From Thermoleophilaceae bacterium (GTDB lineage: Bacteria > Actinomycetota > Thermoleophilia > Solirubrobacterales > Thermoleophilaceae): a DNA stretch of 64,000 nt. Positions 53,599-62,758 of this stretch are shown in pieces (the stretch's first letter is position 1; every line of letters begins with the position of its first letter). The position numbers and the translations under genes were made by a program. The notes under the pieces were generated by a model. It ran no database searches, was not told the DNA's origin, and saw only the letters and a list, made by a program, of their open reading frames with translations. The DNA is taken from the NCBI GenBank assembly GCA_036555755.1, contig DATBKS010000246.1, positions 1,833 to 65,832 on the forward strand, given 5' to 3'.

Positions 53599-53677
53599 CC
53601 AACACGCGGGTTTTGACCCCGTCGGGTGGGCTTAGACTCGGCGGGTCCTCTAACCCGGACGGGAGTTTGGATCCGCC

Positions 53678-54925
53678 GTGAAGTTCCACTGGTTCCATCT
53701 GATGCCGTATCCCGACCTGCCGGACGACTTCCGTCAGCGCTACCGCGGAGTCTGGGTCGATCCGCCCGCCAGCGAGCTGTTTGACAGGCAGAAGGGCAAC
53801 GAGATCTACAACGAGTACCTCGACGAGCTCGAGTACGCGGCCGAGGTGGGCTTCGACGGCATCTGCGTGAACGAGCACCACCAGAACGCCTACGGCCTGA
53901 TGCCCTCTCCGAACATCATGGCCGGGTCGCTCGCCCGCCGTACCCGCGATACGAAGATCGTGCTGATGGGCAACTCGGTGGCGCTCTACAACCCGCCGAT
54001 CCGGGTGGCGGAGGAGATGGCGATGCTCGACTCGATTTCGGGCGGGCGCATCGTTGCCGGCTTCCCAGTCGGGACGCCGATGGACTCGACCTATTGCTAC
54101 GGGATGAACCCCGCGACGCTGCGCGAGCGCTATCGCGAGGCGATCGACCTGATCCTCAAGGCCTGGAAGTCCGAGCAGCCGTTCGCCTACAACGGCAAGT
54201 ACACCCAGCTCCGCTACGTCAACATCTGGCCTCGGACGGTCCAGGAGCCGCACCCGCCGGTCTGGGTCCCCGGCGCGGGCAGCGTCGAGACGTGGGACAT
54301 GTGCGCCGAGAACAACTTCCTGTACGCCTATCTGTCCTACTTCGGCTTCGAGCGCGGCCGCAAGAACTTCGACGGCTACTGGGAGACGATCGACAAGCAT
54401 GGCCTCGAGCGCAATCCCTACCGCGCCGGCTTCCTCCAGTTCATCGGCGTCGCCGAGGACGACAAGGAGGCCGAGGAGCTGTACGCCGAGCCCGCGCTCT
54501 ACTTCTACAACCGCTGCCTGCACATGTACCCGGGCTTTGCCACGCCGCCCGGCTACGCGACCATCCCGACAATCCGGCGCGGGCTGCAGAGCACGCTCGC
54601 GCACGCCGCGGCCCAGCGCGAGTTCGCGAACCTCACCTGGAAGGACATCATCGACCGCGGCTATGTGCTCGCGGGCAGCCCCGACACGGTCGCGGCGAAG
54701 ATCAACGAGATGGCCGACGTCATGAACGTCGGGCACCTGATGGTGCTCATGCACTACGGGAACATGCGCAAGGACACCGTCATGTACAACACCCGGCGCT
54801 TCGCCGAGGACGTGATCCCGCAGCTGCGCGACCGCTTCAGCGAGTGGGATGACCACTGGTGGCCGAACACCACGATGGAGAACCCGGCCCATCCCGCGCC
54901 CATGACCCCGAGCGCCCTGGCCTGA
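53678..54925 (+). CDS. Luciferase-like (LLM class) flavin-dependent monooxygenase/oxidoreductase
   Basis: 415 aa. N-terminus MKFHWFHLMPYPDLPDDF. Further motif GFDGICVNEHHQNAYGLMPSPNIMAGSLA. Confidence 0.85.
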   Translation: MKFHWFHLMPYPDLPDDFRQRYRGVWVDPPASELFDRQKGNEIYNEYLDELEYAAEVGFDGICVNEHHQNAYGLMPSPNIMAGSLARRTRDTKIVLMGNSVALYNPPIRVAEEMAMLDSISGGRIVAGFPVGTPMDSTYCYGMNPATLRERYREAIDLILKAWKSEQPFAYNGKYTQLRYVNIWPRTVQEPHPPVWVPGAGSVETWDMCAENNFLYAYLSYFGFERGRKNFDGYWETIDKHGLERNPYRAGFLQFIGVAEDDKEAEELYAEPALYFYNRCLHMYPGFATPPGYATIPTIRRGLQSTLAHAAAQREFANLTWKDIIDRGYVLAGSPDTVAAKINEMADVMNVGHLMVLMHYGNMRKDTVMYNTRRFAEDVIPQLRDRFSEWDDHWWPNTTMENPAHPAPMTPSALA

Positions 54926-54928
54926 GTC

Positions 54929-55750
54929 ATGAGCGAGACGAACTTCACCACCGAGACCCTTACGCTCGCCAGCGGGCGCGACCAGGTGATCCACCGGGCC
55001 GGCGACGGACCGCCGCTCCTGTGGCTCCACGGCGTCTTCGGGTTCGACGCGTCGGACCCACTCGTGCAGGCGCTGACCGAGACCTATGACGTCGTCGCGC
55101 CGGTATCCCCCGGGTTCGCCGACACGAGCGAGCTGGTCGACCTCATGGACGTGCACGACCTGGCGCAGCACTACGACGACATCCTGGTCGCGCTCGGGAT
55201 CTCGTCCTTGGCGGTGGTGGGCCACTCGTTCGGCGCGATGGTCGGCGCCGAGCTCGCCACGCGCCGCCAGGATGCCGTCGCGTCGCTGACCCTGCTCTCC
55301 CCGATCGGACTCTGGAACGACGAGTATCCGGTCACCGACCTGTTCGCGCTGCCGTACGTCGACATGCCGGGACTGCTCTACCTCGACCCGAGCAAGGCGA
55401 GCGGCGAGGCGGACACCACCACTCTTGACGGGAATGTGGAGAAGCTCGTCACGCTGGCGCAGGCCCTGACGAGCGTCGCCAAGTTCCTCTGGCCAATCCC
55501 GGACCGGCGGCTGCGGACGCGCCTCTATCGGATCGTCGCCCCCACGCTCGTGGTGTTCGGCGAGGAGGACGCGTTCGTGCCGCCGCGTTACGCCGACGAC
55601 TTCCTGGCGGGACTGCCCGACGGCAGCAGCGCGACCGTCTCCGGGGCGGGCCACATGCTGCAGCTGGAACAGCCGGACGAAGCGATCCGCGTGGTCACGG
55701 ACTTCCTTGAGCAGCACGCGCCGGCGCAGCTGGATGCAGCTTCATCCTGA
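54929..55750 (+). CDS. Alpha/beta hydrolase
   Basis: 273 aa. Nucleophile elbow VGHSFGAMVG. It starts 3 nt after the LLM stop. Confidence 0.85.
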   Translation: MSETNFTTETLTLASGRDQVIHRAGDGPPLLWLHGVFGFDASDPLVQALTETYDVVAPVSPGFADTSELVDLMDVHDLAQHYDDILVALGISSLAVVGHSFGAMVGAELATRRQDAVASLTLLSPIGLWNDEYPVTDLFALPYVDMPGLLYLDPSKASGEADTTTLDGNVEKLVTLAQALTSVAKFLWPIPDRRLRTRLYRIVAPTLVVFGEEDAFVPPRYADDFLAGLPDGSSATVSGAGHMLQLEQPDEAIRVVTDFLEQHAPAQLDAASS

Positions 55751-56651
55751 AGCCGAGGCGCTGCTCCGCAGGCTCCGGGAAGCGGGCGTCAAGCGCTTCT
55801 CCGAGATGACTCCGGAAGAGGCTCGCGCCGCCATGCTGGCGCGCCAGCGCGGACTGCCGGGCGAGCCGCCCGAAGTGGCGAGCGTGGTCGAACTGGAGCT
55901 GCCCGGACCCGCGGGGGCGCTCCCCGCCCTCCGCTACGGGCCATCTGCCGACCCCTCGCCTGGGACGATCGTGTACTTCCACGGCGGCGGCTGGGTGGTG
56001 GGCGGCCTCGAGGAGTTCGACCGGGTGGCGCGCGCGGTCAGCGTTGTCACCGGGTGCGACGTGATCAGCGTCGACTACCGCCTCGCGCCGGAGGACCCCT
56101 TCCCCGCTGCCGTCGAGGACGCTGATGCAGCACTTAGAGCAGTGGCGGAGTCGCACGACGACAGTGGCCGGTTGATCGTGATGGGCGACAGTGCGGGCGC
56201 GACGCTCGCCACGCTCACCGCGATCCACGCCCGCGACAACGGCGGGCCGCCGCTGGCCCTCCAGGTTCTCGTCTATCCGGTGGCCGACCACACGATGGAC
56301 GCGCCCTCCTTCACTGAGCACGCCGACGCCTTCCCGCTCGGCACCGCGGACATGGCGTGGTGCTGGGAGCGCTACGCGCCGCCGCCCGTGGATCGTGATT
56401 CGCCGGACGTCAGCCCACTACGCACCCCCGACCTGTCGGGCCTACCGCCGGCGCTGATCATCGTCGCCGGCCACGATCCCACGCGCGACCACAGCCTCGC
56501 GTATGCACAGCGGCTCGAGGAGGCGGGCGTCCCGGTGACGCTGCTCCGCTACGACGACGTTATGCACGGCTTCTTCACCATGGTCGGCGTGCTTGGCCGG
56601 GCGAACGAGGCGATGGACGCTGTCGGCGAAGGCGTACGCGCGGCGGTTTAG
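55734..56651 (+). CDS. Alpha/beta-hydrolase fold-3 esterase/lipase (HSL family)
   Basis: Track ORF 55707..56651; Met10 (55734) is the likely start. Oxyanion motif HGGGW. Nucleophile elbow GDSAGA. Confidence 0.85.
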   Translation: MQLHPEAEALLRRLREAGVKRFSEMTPEEARAAMLARQRGLPGEPPEVASVVELELPGPAGALPALRYGPSADPSPGTIVYFHGGGWVVGGLEEFDRVARAVSVVTGCDVISVDYRLAPEDPFPAAVEDADAALRAVAESHDDSGRLIVMGDSAGATLATLTAIHARDNGGPPLALQVLVYPVADHTMDAPSFTEHADAFPLGTADMAWCWERYAPPPVDRDSPDVSPLRTPDLSGLPPALIIVAGHDPTRDHSLAYAQRLEEAGVPVTLLRYDDVMHGFFTMVGVLGRANEAMDAVGEGVRAAV

Positions 56652-57286
56652 GGCTCGAAGACTTCGATCTTCATCGGCGTGCAATTGCGGGCATTGCAAT
56701 CCGTGAGCTGGTCCTCGGGGCAATTCGACAACCCGACCAGCACGTCCATCTCGGCCCGAAACTCGATGTAGTCGCCCGGCTTCGACACGGGCAAGAGGAT
56801 CTCCCAGCGGTGCTTCTCGCAGTTGTGCTGGTAGTTCATGAAGACGTCGAGCGTGTCCGGGATGTCCTCGGGCAGAATCCCGTACGGCGCGACGGCCTTG
56901 CTGATGATCTCGTGGCAGCCGTCCTGCGACACACCGCCGTGCGACTCGAACAGGAAGCGGTTGCACATGCGGTTGTGCGTGTCGTGGATGCCCTTCGGCT
57001 CCGGGGTCTCCTTGACGATGGTCATCATCGGGCGGCAGAGCGTCGACATCAGGTGGTCGCCCTCCGTGAGGTGATCGCGCGGGATGTACTCCTGGCCCTC
57101 CGGCGGCACGTAGCGCGTACGGGAGTTCGAGGTGGAGAGCTTCTCCCGGTAGTTGTCCGCGTTGAACACCGCGACGTCTACCACCTGCTGGCCCTCGATG
57201 TCGGTGATGCGCAGGTGCTGCCCCTTCTTCACCTCGACGGCGTAGCCCGACTTGGGCGCCATCACGTGCTCATGGATCTGGTTCAA
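56648..57286 (-). CDS. DUF1989 (urea-carboxylase-associated/carboxyguanidine-deiminase family) protein, short form
   Basis: 212 aa. Motifs GQHLRITDIEGQQVVDVAVFNADNYREKLS, HDTHNRMCN, DGCHEII and AEMDVLVGLSNCPE. Confidence 0.85.
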   Translation of the reverse strand: MNQIHEHVMAPKSGYAVEVKKGQHLRITDIEGQQVVDVAVFNADNYREKLSTSNSRTRYVPPEGQEYIPRDHLTEGDHLMSTLCRPMMTIVKETPEPKGIHDTHNRMCNRFLFESHGGVSQDGCHEIISKAVAPYGILPEDIPDTLDVFMNYQHNCEKHRWEILLPVSKPGDYIEFRAEMDVLVGLSNCPEDQLTDCNARNCTPMKIEVFEP

Positions 57287-57301
57287 GTCGCTCCTCGCTT
57301 C

Positions 57302-58435
57302 CTAGGTGTTCTTCAGCGGTCCGGGATCGCGCAGCACCCGCAGGGTGCGGCAGTGGAGCGCGCCGCCGATGCGGCTGAACTCCTCGTTGGGGATCTCGAT
57401 CACCTCGACGCCCGCCTTGCGCACCGCCGCGACCGCCTGCTTCGCCTCCTTGACCATGAAGACCGCGCCCGGCTCGAGCGGAATCGTGTTGGTGGGCGTG
57501 TAGAGGATCTGCTCCTCGCGGCTGTCCACGGTCACGACCTTGTAGCCCTTCTGCTTCAGCCACTCGTGCGTCTCGGCGTCGACGGCCGACGGGTAGAGCA
57601 GCACCTTGTCGATGTCGAGCGGGCAGATCGCGTTCGTCAGGTGCGCCGAGCAGCCGCTGTCGCGGTCGACGAACCGGTCGGTCGACAGGTAGATCGTGTG
57701 CACCTCCAGGTCGACGTCGCCGGCGGAGCGCCGCACCACGGGCTCGAGCTGCCGGTTGCCCTCGGCGTTGTACGCGGCCGAGATGCCGGTGACCCAGACG
57801 TCGTCGGCGAACCACATCGTCGTGGCCGGCTCCTGCACTCCCTTGCCGACGACCGTATAGAGGACCGGCACGCCCAGGTGGTGCTGGGCCCAGCGGGCGA
57901 GGAACTCGGAGCGACCGAAGCTGAACGGGTGCCAGCCGGTCTTCTGGATGATCGACCCGCCGCGGATCACCCACAGATCGGACGGCGCCCACATCGCCTG
58001 CATCGGGCCGAAGGCCGACATCGGCGCCTCGCCCCAGTCGATCCAGTGGACGGTCACGCCGGCGCCCTCGAGCGCCTCGGCATACCGCGCCTGCTCCTCC
58101 TGCATCCGGCCGATGTCCGCTTGCTGGAGCCCGTGCGACTCGAGCCACTCGATGTCGTCGCGGAAGGGATAACGCTCGTCGTAGGCGGCCAGCTCGGCGT
58201 CGGTGATCATGCTGATCGCGACCTCCCGCAGCCGGCCGATCCCGTTCTCGCCGCAGCGGCGGCCCCAGACCTCCGGGTAGATGTCCTGGTAGTCGAGCCC
58301 GGCGACGTCGGCGAAGTCGGTGGCGCGCCCCGGCTCGTAGAACGGGATGTCGTCGAGCGTCCACTCGCGCTCGCGCAGCGCCTCCAGGTGGCGCTCGTAC
58401 TGACTCTCGGTGGCCGCGCTGTGCTCGATCGCCAT
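57302..58435 (-). CDS. Amidinotransferase-fold (guanidino-group-modifying enzyme superfamily) protein, paralogue 1
   Basis: 377 aa. Candidate His context CSAHLTNAICPLD. C-terminal Cys-nucleophile context IGGALHCRTL. It aligns along its full length with 58445..59563. Confidence 0.75.
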   Translation of the reverse strand: MAIEHSAATESQYERHLEALREREWTLDDIPFYEPGRATDFADVAGLDYQDIYPEVWGRRCGENGIGRLREVAISMITDAELAAYDERYPFRDDIEWLESHGLQQADIGRMQEEQARYAEALEGAGVTVHWIDWGEAPMSAFGPMQAMWAPSDLWVIRGGSIIQKTGWHPFSFGRSEFLARWAQHHLGVPVLYTVVGKGVQEPATTMWFADDVWVTGISAAYNAEGNRQLEPVVRRSAGDVDLEVHTIYLSTDRFVDRDSGCSAHLTNAICPLDIDKVLLYPSAVDAETHEWLKQKGYKVVTVDSREEQILYTPTNTIPLEPGAVFMVKEAKQAVAAVRKAGVEVIEIPNEEFSRIGGALHCRTLRVLRDPGPLKNT

Positions 58436-58444
58436 CGCAGTCGC

Positions 58445-59563
58445 CTAGCGGTCCGCCATCAGCGGGCCGGGTTCGCGGTAGATCTCCATCGTGGTGCAGT
58501 GGAAGCCGCCGCCCGCGTGCTGGAAGCCCGAGTACGGCACCTCGATCACCTCGACGCCGGCTGCGCGCACCTTGGCGATCGTGTTCTGCGCTTCGGCGGC
58601 CATCACCACACGGCCGGGCTCGAGGATCTTCAGGTTGCAGACGTCGTTCTTCACGTGCTCCTCGAAGTCCGCCTCCACCACGTCGTAGCCGTTCTGCTCG
58701 AGCCAGAGCAGCGTGGCGGTGTCGATGCCGGGCTTGTAGGCCAGCACCTTGTCGACGTCGAGCGGCGCGAGCAGGTTGGTCACGTGGGCACTTGCGCCGG
58801 TGTTGCGGTCGAAATAAAGCGCGCCCTGGCAGCGGATCGTGAGCACCTTCAGATCGTCCACACCGGACGTGAGCTTGACCATCGAGAGGAGCTGGTCGAG
58901 CCCGGCGCGGTTGTAGGCGGCCGAGATGCCGACCACGAAGACGTCCTGTGCGAGCCAGACCGTCGCGCCCGCCTCACACACCGCCCCCTTTCCGCTGATC
59001 GTGAGCAGCGTGGGGATGTTGAGGTTCCAGAAGGCCCAGTGCGCGAGGAACTCGGTGCGGCCGAACGAGAACGGATGCCAGCCGAGCTTCGGCACCACGG
59101 CGCCGCCGTTCAGCACGAGCAGCTCCTGTGCGGCCCAGGTCGCCTGGAGCGGGCCGTAGGCGCCCATCGGCGCCTCGCCCCAGTCGATCCAGTGGACGGT
59201 CACGCCCTCGCCCTCGAGCACTGAGGCGTAGTGCTCCTGCTGCTTGCGGCAGAGGTCGATGTCCGGCACCCGGCCGAGCCCGTGAGCCTCGAGGAACGCG
59301 CTGTCCGACACGTACGGATAGCGCTCGTCGTAGACCTGGTTCTCGACGTGGGTGATGACAGTCAGCGCGACCTCGCGCAGCTTCCCGATGCCGTTGCAGC
59401 CCATCTTCCGCCCGTACACCCGCTCGTACACGTCGAGGTAGTCGAGCTCGTGGAGGGCGGCGATGCTCATCCGCTTGCCCTTGCCCTCGTAAAACGGAAT
59501 GTCATCCCAGGTCCAGCGGTGCCGGTACAGCTGCTCCTGGTATTCGTCGAAGAAGGTCGCCAC
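58445..59563 (-). CDS. Amidinotransferase-fold (guanidino-group-modifying enzyme superfamily) protein, paralogue 2
   Basis: 372 aa. Contexts ASAHVTNLLAPLD and AGGGFHCTTM. GTG start. Confidence 0.75.
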   Translation of the reverse strand: MATFFDEYQEQLYRHRWTWDDIPFYEGKGKRMSIAALHELDYLDVYERVYGRKMGCNGIGKLREVALTVITHVENQVYDERYPYVSDSAFLEAHGLGRVPDIDLCRKQQEHYASVLEGEGVTVHWIDWGEAPMGAYGPLQATWAAQELLVLNGGAVVPKLGWHPFSFGRTEFLAHWAFWNLNIPTLLTISGKGAVCEAGATVWLAQDVFVVGISAAYNRAGLDQLLSMVKLTSGVDDLKVLTIRCQGALYFDRNTGASAHVTNLLAPLDVDKVLAYKPGIDTATLLWLEQNGYDVVEADFEEHVKNDVCNLKILEPGRVVMAAEAQNTIAKVRAAGVEVIEVPYSGFQHAGGGFHCTTMEIYREPGPLMADR

Positions 59564-59626
59564 GGCCAGTGCCGGACAGTCTGATCCGCGCGGTCCGGGG
59601 CTCGCATCGGGGGAAACCAGCGGGCA

Positions 59627-59645
59627 GCGGAGGGATTTCCCCCGC
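59627..59645. repeat. GCGGAGGGATTTCCCCCGC (GGGATTTCCC core) between the SDR stop and the amidinotransferase-fold genes
   Basis: Same decamer as at 53586-53595. On the minus-strand RNA it can form a ~7-bp hairpin, so it could be the SDR terminator. Confidence 0.45.
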
Positions 59646-59650
59646 GTTCG

Positions 59651-60481
59651 TCAGAGAGCGGTGCGGCCTCCGTCGACGGTGATCGCCGCGCCCGTGATGT
59701 ACGAGGCGGCGTCCGAGCAGAGGAACGCCACCGTCTCGGCGACCTCTTCCGGCTCGCCGTAGCGACCCATCGGGATGGGTCCCGCGAAATCGGCGTGAGC
59801 CTCATCTACGCTCTGCCCGGCCAGGCTCGCGCGTTGCTCGGCGAGCGATCCCATCATCCGGGTCCCTACCGGTCCCGGGCAGATGGCGTTCACGCGGATC
59901 CCGGATCCGGCGAGCTCGACGGCCGCGCTGCGGCTCAGCCCGAGCACCGCGTGCTTGGTGGCCACGTAGGCGGACATGAACGGCAGGCCCAGGAGGCCTG
60001 CGCCCGAGGATGTGTTCACGACGGCGCCCCCGCCGTTCTCGAGCATGAGCTGCACGGCCCGCTTGAGGTTGAGCCAGACGCCGCGCACGTTGACGCGCAT
60101 CACACGATCGAAGACCTCGTCGTCGTAGTCCTGGACGCCGGCCACGACGCCCTCGATGCCGGCGTTGTTGAACAGCGCGTCAAGACCGCCCAGCCGCTCC
60201 ACGGCTACCGACATGTAGCGGTCCACCTCCGCCGCCTCGGTCACGTCGCCGGGCAGCACCGGGAAGTCGGCGGGCGCCCGGCCGCTCGCTCGGGCCAGCT
60301 CCTCGCTCAGCTCCGCCAGCGCGGCTTCGTCGAGATCCACGAGCGCGACTCGCGCGCCCTCGCGGGCGAAGACGCGCGCCGCCGCGCTCCCAATTCCGCC
60401 CGCGGCGCCCGTGATGAGGGCGCGCTTGCCGTCGAGAATGCCGATGCTGGTGCCGTCGCTCATCGCAAGTTCAGCGGGCAC
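59651..60481 (-). CDS. Short-chain dehydrogenase/reductase
   Basis: 276 aa. Cofactor motif [13 protein letters not shown]. Met7 (60463) is an alternative start. Confidence 0.9.
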   Translation of the reverse strand: MPAELAMSDGTSIGILDGKRALITGAAGGIGSAAARVFAREGARVALVDLDEAALAELSEELARASGRAPADFPVLPGDVTEAAEVDRYMSVAVERLGGLDALFNNAGIEGVVAGVQDYDDEVFDRVMRVNVRGVWLNLKRAVQLMLENGGGAVVNTSSGAGLLGLPFMSAYVATKHAVLGLSRSAAVELAGSGIRVNAICPGPVGTRMMGSLAEQRASLAGQSVDEAHADFAGPIPMGRYGEPEEVAETVAFLCSDAASYITGAAITVDGGRTAL

Positions 60482-60524
60482 GGTAACGCCGCTGTCAAGG
60501 CGCTCCGCCAGCGTAAATCCGGAA

Positions 60525-60540
60525 AGAGGGAAAACCCGCT
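60525..60540. repeat. AGAGGGAAAACCCGCT (GGGAAAACCC core) in the SDR/hydantoinase divergent region
   Basis: The 13 nt AGAGGGAAAACCC are identical to the reverse complement of 39962-39974. Confidence 0.4.
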
Positions 60541-60653
60541 TGCGGCTTCGGCATCTTCCCGATGACGGACCGCGTGGGTCAATCTGATACTGGCACGGTC
60601 ATCGAATGCGGCACATCGGGTGCGCTGCCCTGTGCCGGGAGGAGTGGACCGGC

Positions 60654-62756
60654 GTGAGAAAAGTCAGGGTGGCGGTCGATATCGGTGGAACGTTCACTGA
60701 TCTCGTCGCGTACGACGAGGACACACAGGAGCTGACCAGCGTCAAGACGCCGTCCACGCCCCCGGGCTTCATCGGCGGCGTGATGAACGCGCTCGACAAG
60801 GCCGGCATCCAGCCTGGCGAGATGACCTCGTTCAGGCACGGCTCGACGATCGCCACCAACGCGATCATCGAGCGGCGCGGAGCCAAGACGGGGCTCGTCA
60901 CCACCAAGGGCATGCGCGACGTCCTCGGCGCCGGCCGAGCGAACCGCCCCGACCTCTTCAACTCGAACTGGGATCCGTCCCCGCCACTCGTCCAGCGGCG
61001 CAACGTGCTGACCGTCGACGAGCGGATCGACTACGAGGGCAGCGTCCTCACCGAGCTCGACGAAAGCGGCGTCCGTGAGGCGGCAGCGAAGTTCAAGAAG
61101 CGCGGCATCGAGTCCGTGGCGGTCGCCTACCTCAACTCCTTCATGGCCCCGGAGCACGAGCTGCGCACCAAGCAGCTCCTCCAGGAGGAGCTCGGCGAGG
61201 ACGTGCGCGTGTGCACCTCGGCCGAGATCCTGCCCGAGATCCGCGAGTTCGAGCGGACCTCCACCGCGGCAGCCAACGCCTACCTGATGCCCGTGATCGA
61301 GCGCTACCTCGACCAGCTTGTGAGCGCACTGCGCGAGTGGGGCTACGGCGGCGAGGTGCTCGTGACCCACTCGGGCGGCGGCGTCATGTCGGCGCGCTCC
61401 GCCAGCCAGGTGCCCGCCCGCATTTGCCACTCCGGTCCCGCCGGCGGCGTCGTCGGCGGCGCGCTGATCGGCAAGTCCGCCGGCATCGCCAGTGTCATCA
61501 CTTTCGACATGGGCGGCACCAGCGCGGACCTCTCGCTCGTCTACGAGGGCCGGCCGTCGATCGCCTCCGAATGGCGCGTCGACTGGAACATCCCGATCCT
61601 CTTCCCGGCCGTGGATCTCGTCGCGATCGGCGCCGGCGGCGGCACCATCGCCTGGGTTGACGCGGGCGGCTCGCTGCGCGTCGGCCCGCAGAGCGCGGGC
61701 GCCGATCCCGGCCCCGCGTGCCTCGACAAGGGCAACGAGCAGCCGACGATCACCGACGCCCACCTCTACCTGGGCCGGCTCGACCCCGAGACCTACCTCG
61801 GCGGCGACCTCGAGATCTACCCCGAGCTGGCCGAGCAGGCGATCACCCGGCTCGCGTCCGAGCTCGGCCTCTCCGAGCCCGAGACGGCAAGCGGCATCCT
61901 GCGCATCGCCAACGCCAGCATGACCTCCGCCACGCACCTCATCTCGGTCGAGCGCGGCTGGGATCCGCGCGAGTTCGCGCTGGTCGCCGGCGGCGGCGCC
62001 GGACCGCTGCACGCGGTCGCGATCGCGCAGGACCTCGGCATCCCCACGGTGATCGTGCCGCCCACACCGGGAGTGACGTCGGCGCTCGGGATCCTCCAGG
62101 TGGACCTGCGCCATGACCTGCTGCGCTCTGTGCTCAAGCAGACCGACCAGCTCGAACCCGAGGAGCTCATCGCGGTGTTCAACGAGCTCGAGGACGAGGC
62201 GCGCCAGGTGCTGGAGCACGAGCGCGCCGCCGGCGAGCACCAGATCGAGCTCTCGCTCGACGTCCGCTACTACGGGCAGACGCCGTACATCAACATGATC
62301 ATCGACGAGGTCCCGCACGACCGCGCGGCGATCGAGGCGATCGAGGAGCGCTACGGCGAGGAATACGAACGCGAGTTCGGCTACAAGTTCGAGCGCGACC
62401 TCGCCACCGTCGAGATCGTGAACGCCCGCGCCGCCGCCATCGGCGTCACCCCAGACACCGAGTTCAAGCTCGAGGCCGAGTCGGAGGGCACGCTCGAGCC
62501 GCGCCAGGTCCGGTCCGTCTACTTCGAGGAGGCGGCGGCGTTCGTGGACACTCCGATCTACGTCCGCTCGCAGCTTGCGAAGGACGCACGGATCGATGGC
62601 CCGGCGATCATCGAGCAGGACGACACGACCGTGCTCGTGCCTCCGGGGACGAGTCTGCACGTGGACGACAACCTCAACATCCTCATCGACGTCGGGAGCC
62701 CAGGCGGGGCGGACACCCGTGCTGCGGCCGGCCAGCCCGCCACCCAGGGAGTGTGA
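60654..62756 (+). CDS. Hydantoinase A/oxoprolinase family, ATP-dependent (HyuA-like)
   Basis: Track ORF 60606..62756. GTG at residue 17 (60654) has GGGAGGAG 9 nt upstream. N-terminus VRKVRVAVDIGGTFTDLVAYD. Confidence 0.9.
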   Translation: MRKVRVAVDIGGTFTDLVAYDEDTQELTSVKTPSTPPGFIGGVMNALDKAGIQPGEMTSFRHGSTIATNAIIERRGAKTGLVTTKGMRDVLGAGRANRPDLFNSNWDPSPPLVQRRNVLTVDERIDYEGSVLTELDESGVREAAAKFKKRGIESVAVAYLNSFMAPEHELRTKQLLQEELGEDVRVCTSAEILPEIREFERTSTAAANAYLMPVIERYLDQLVSALREWGYGGEVLVTHSGGGVMSARSASQVPARICHSGPAGGVVGGALIGKSAGIASVITFDMGGTSADLSLVYEGRPSIASEWRVDWNIPILFPAVDLVAIGAGGGTIAWVDAGGSLRVGPQSAGADPGPACLDKGNEQPTITDAHLYLGRLDPETYLGGDLEIYPELAEQAITRLASELGLSEPETASGILRIANASMTSATHLISVERGWDPREFALVAGGGAGPLHAVAIAQDLGIPTVIVPPTPGVTSALGILQVDLRHDLLRSVLKQTDQLEPEELIAVFNELEDEARQVLEHERAAGEHQIELSLDVRYYGQTPYINMIIDEVPHDRAAIEAIEERYGEEYEREFGYKFERDLATVEIVNARAAAIGVTPDTEFKLEAESEGTLEPRQVRSVYFEEAAAFVDTPIYVRSQLAKDARIDGPAIIEQDDTTVLVPPGTSLHVDDNLNILIDVGSPGGADTRAAAGQPATQGV

Positions 62757-62758
62757 CA

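Noticed and set aside
53525-55717. 730-aa minus-strand ORF opposite the LLM oxidoreductase and alpha/beta hydrolase genes
   Set aside because: Shadow ORF. The plus-strand products have balanced composition (W/Y/F/K/N/M) and family motifs.
56810-59224. 804-aa plus-strand ORF opposite the DUF1989 and amidinotransferase-fold genes
   Set aside because: Shadow ORF. The minus-strand proteins are two mutually alignable paralogues plus a textbook DUF1989 sequence.
60591-60607. TGGCAC-N5 sequence resembling the -24 element of a sigma-54 promoter upstream of hyuA
   Set aside because: The -12 element (TTGC) is not present at the right spacing (it reads TCGA). No enhancer-binding protein gene is in the window, and the lineage suggested by composition usually lacks sigma-54.
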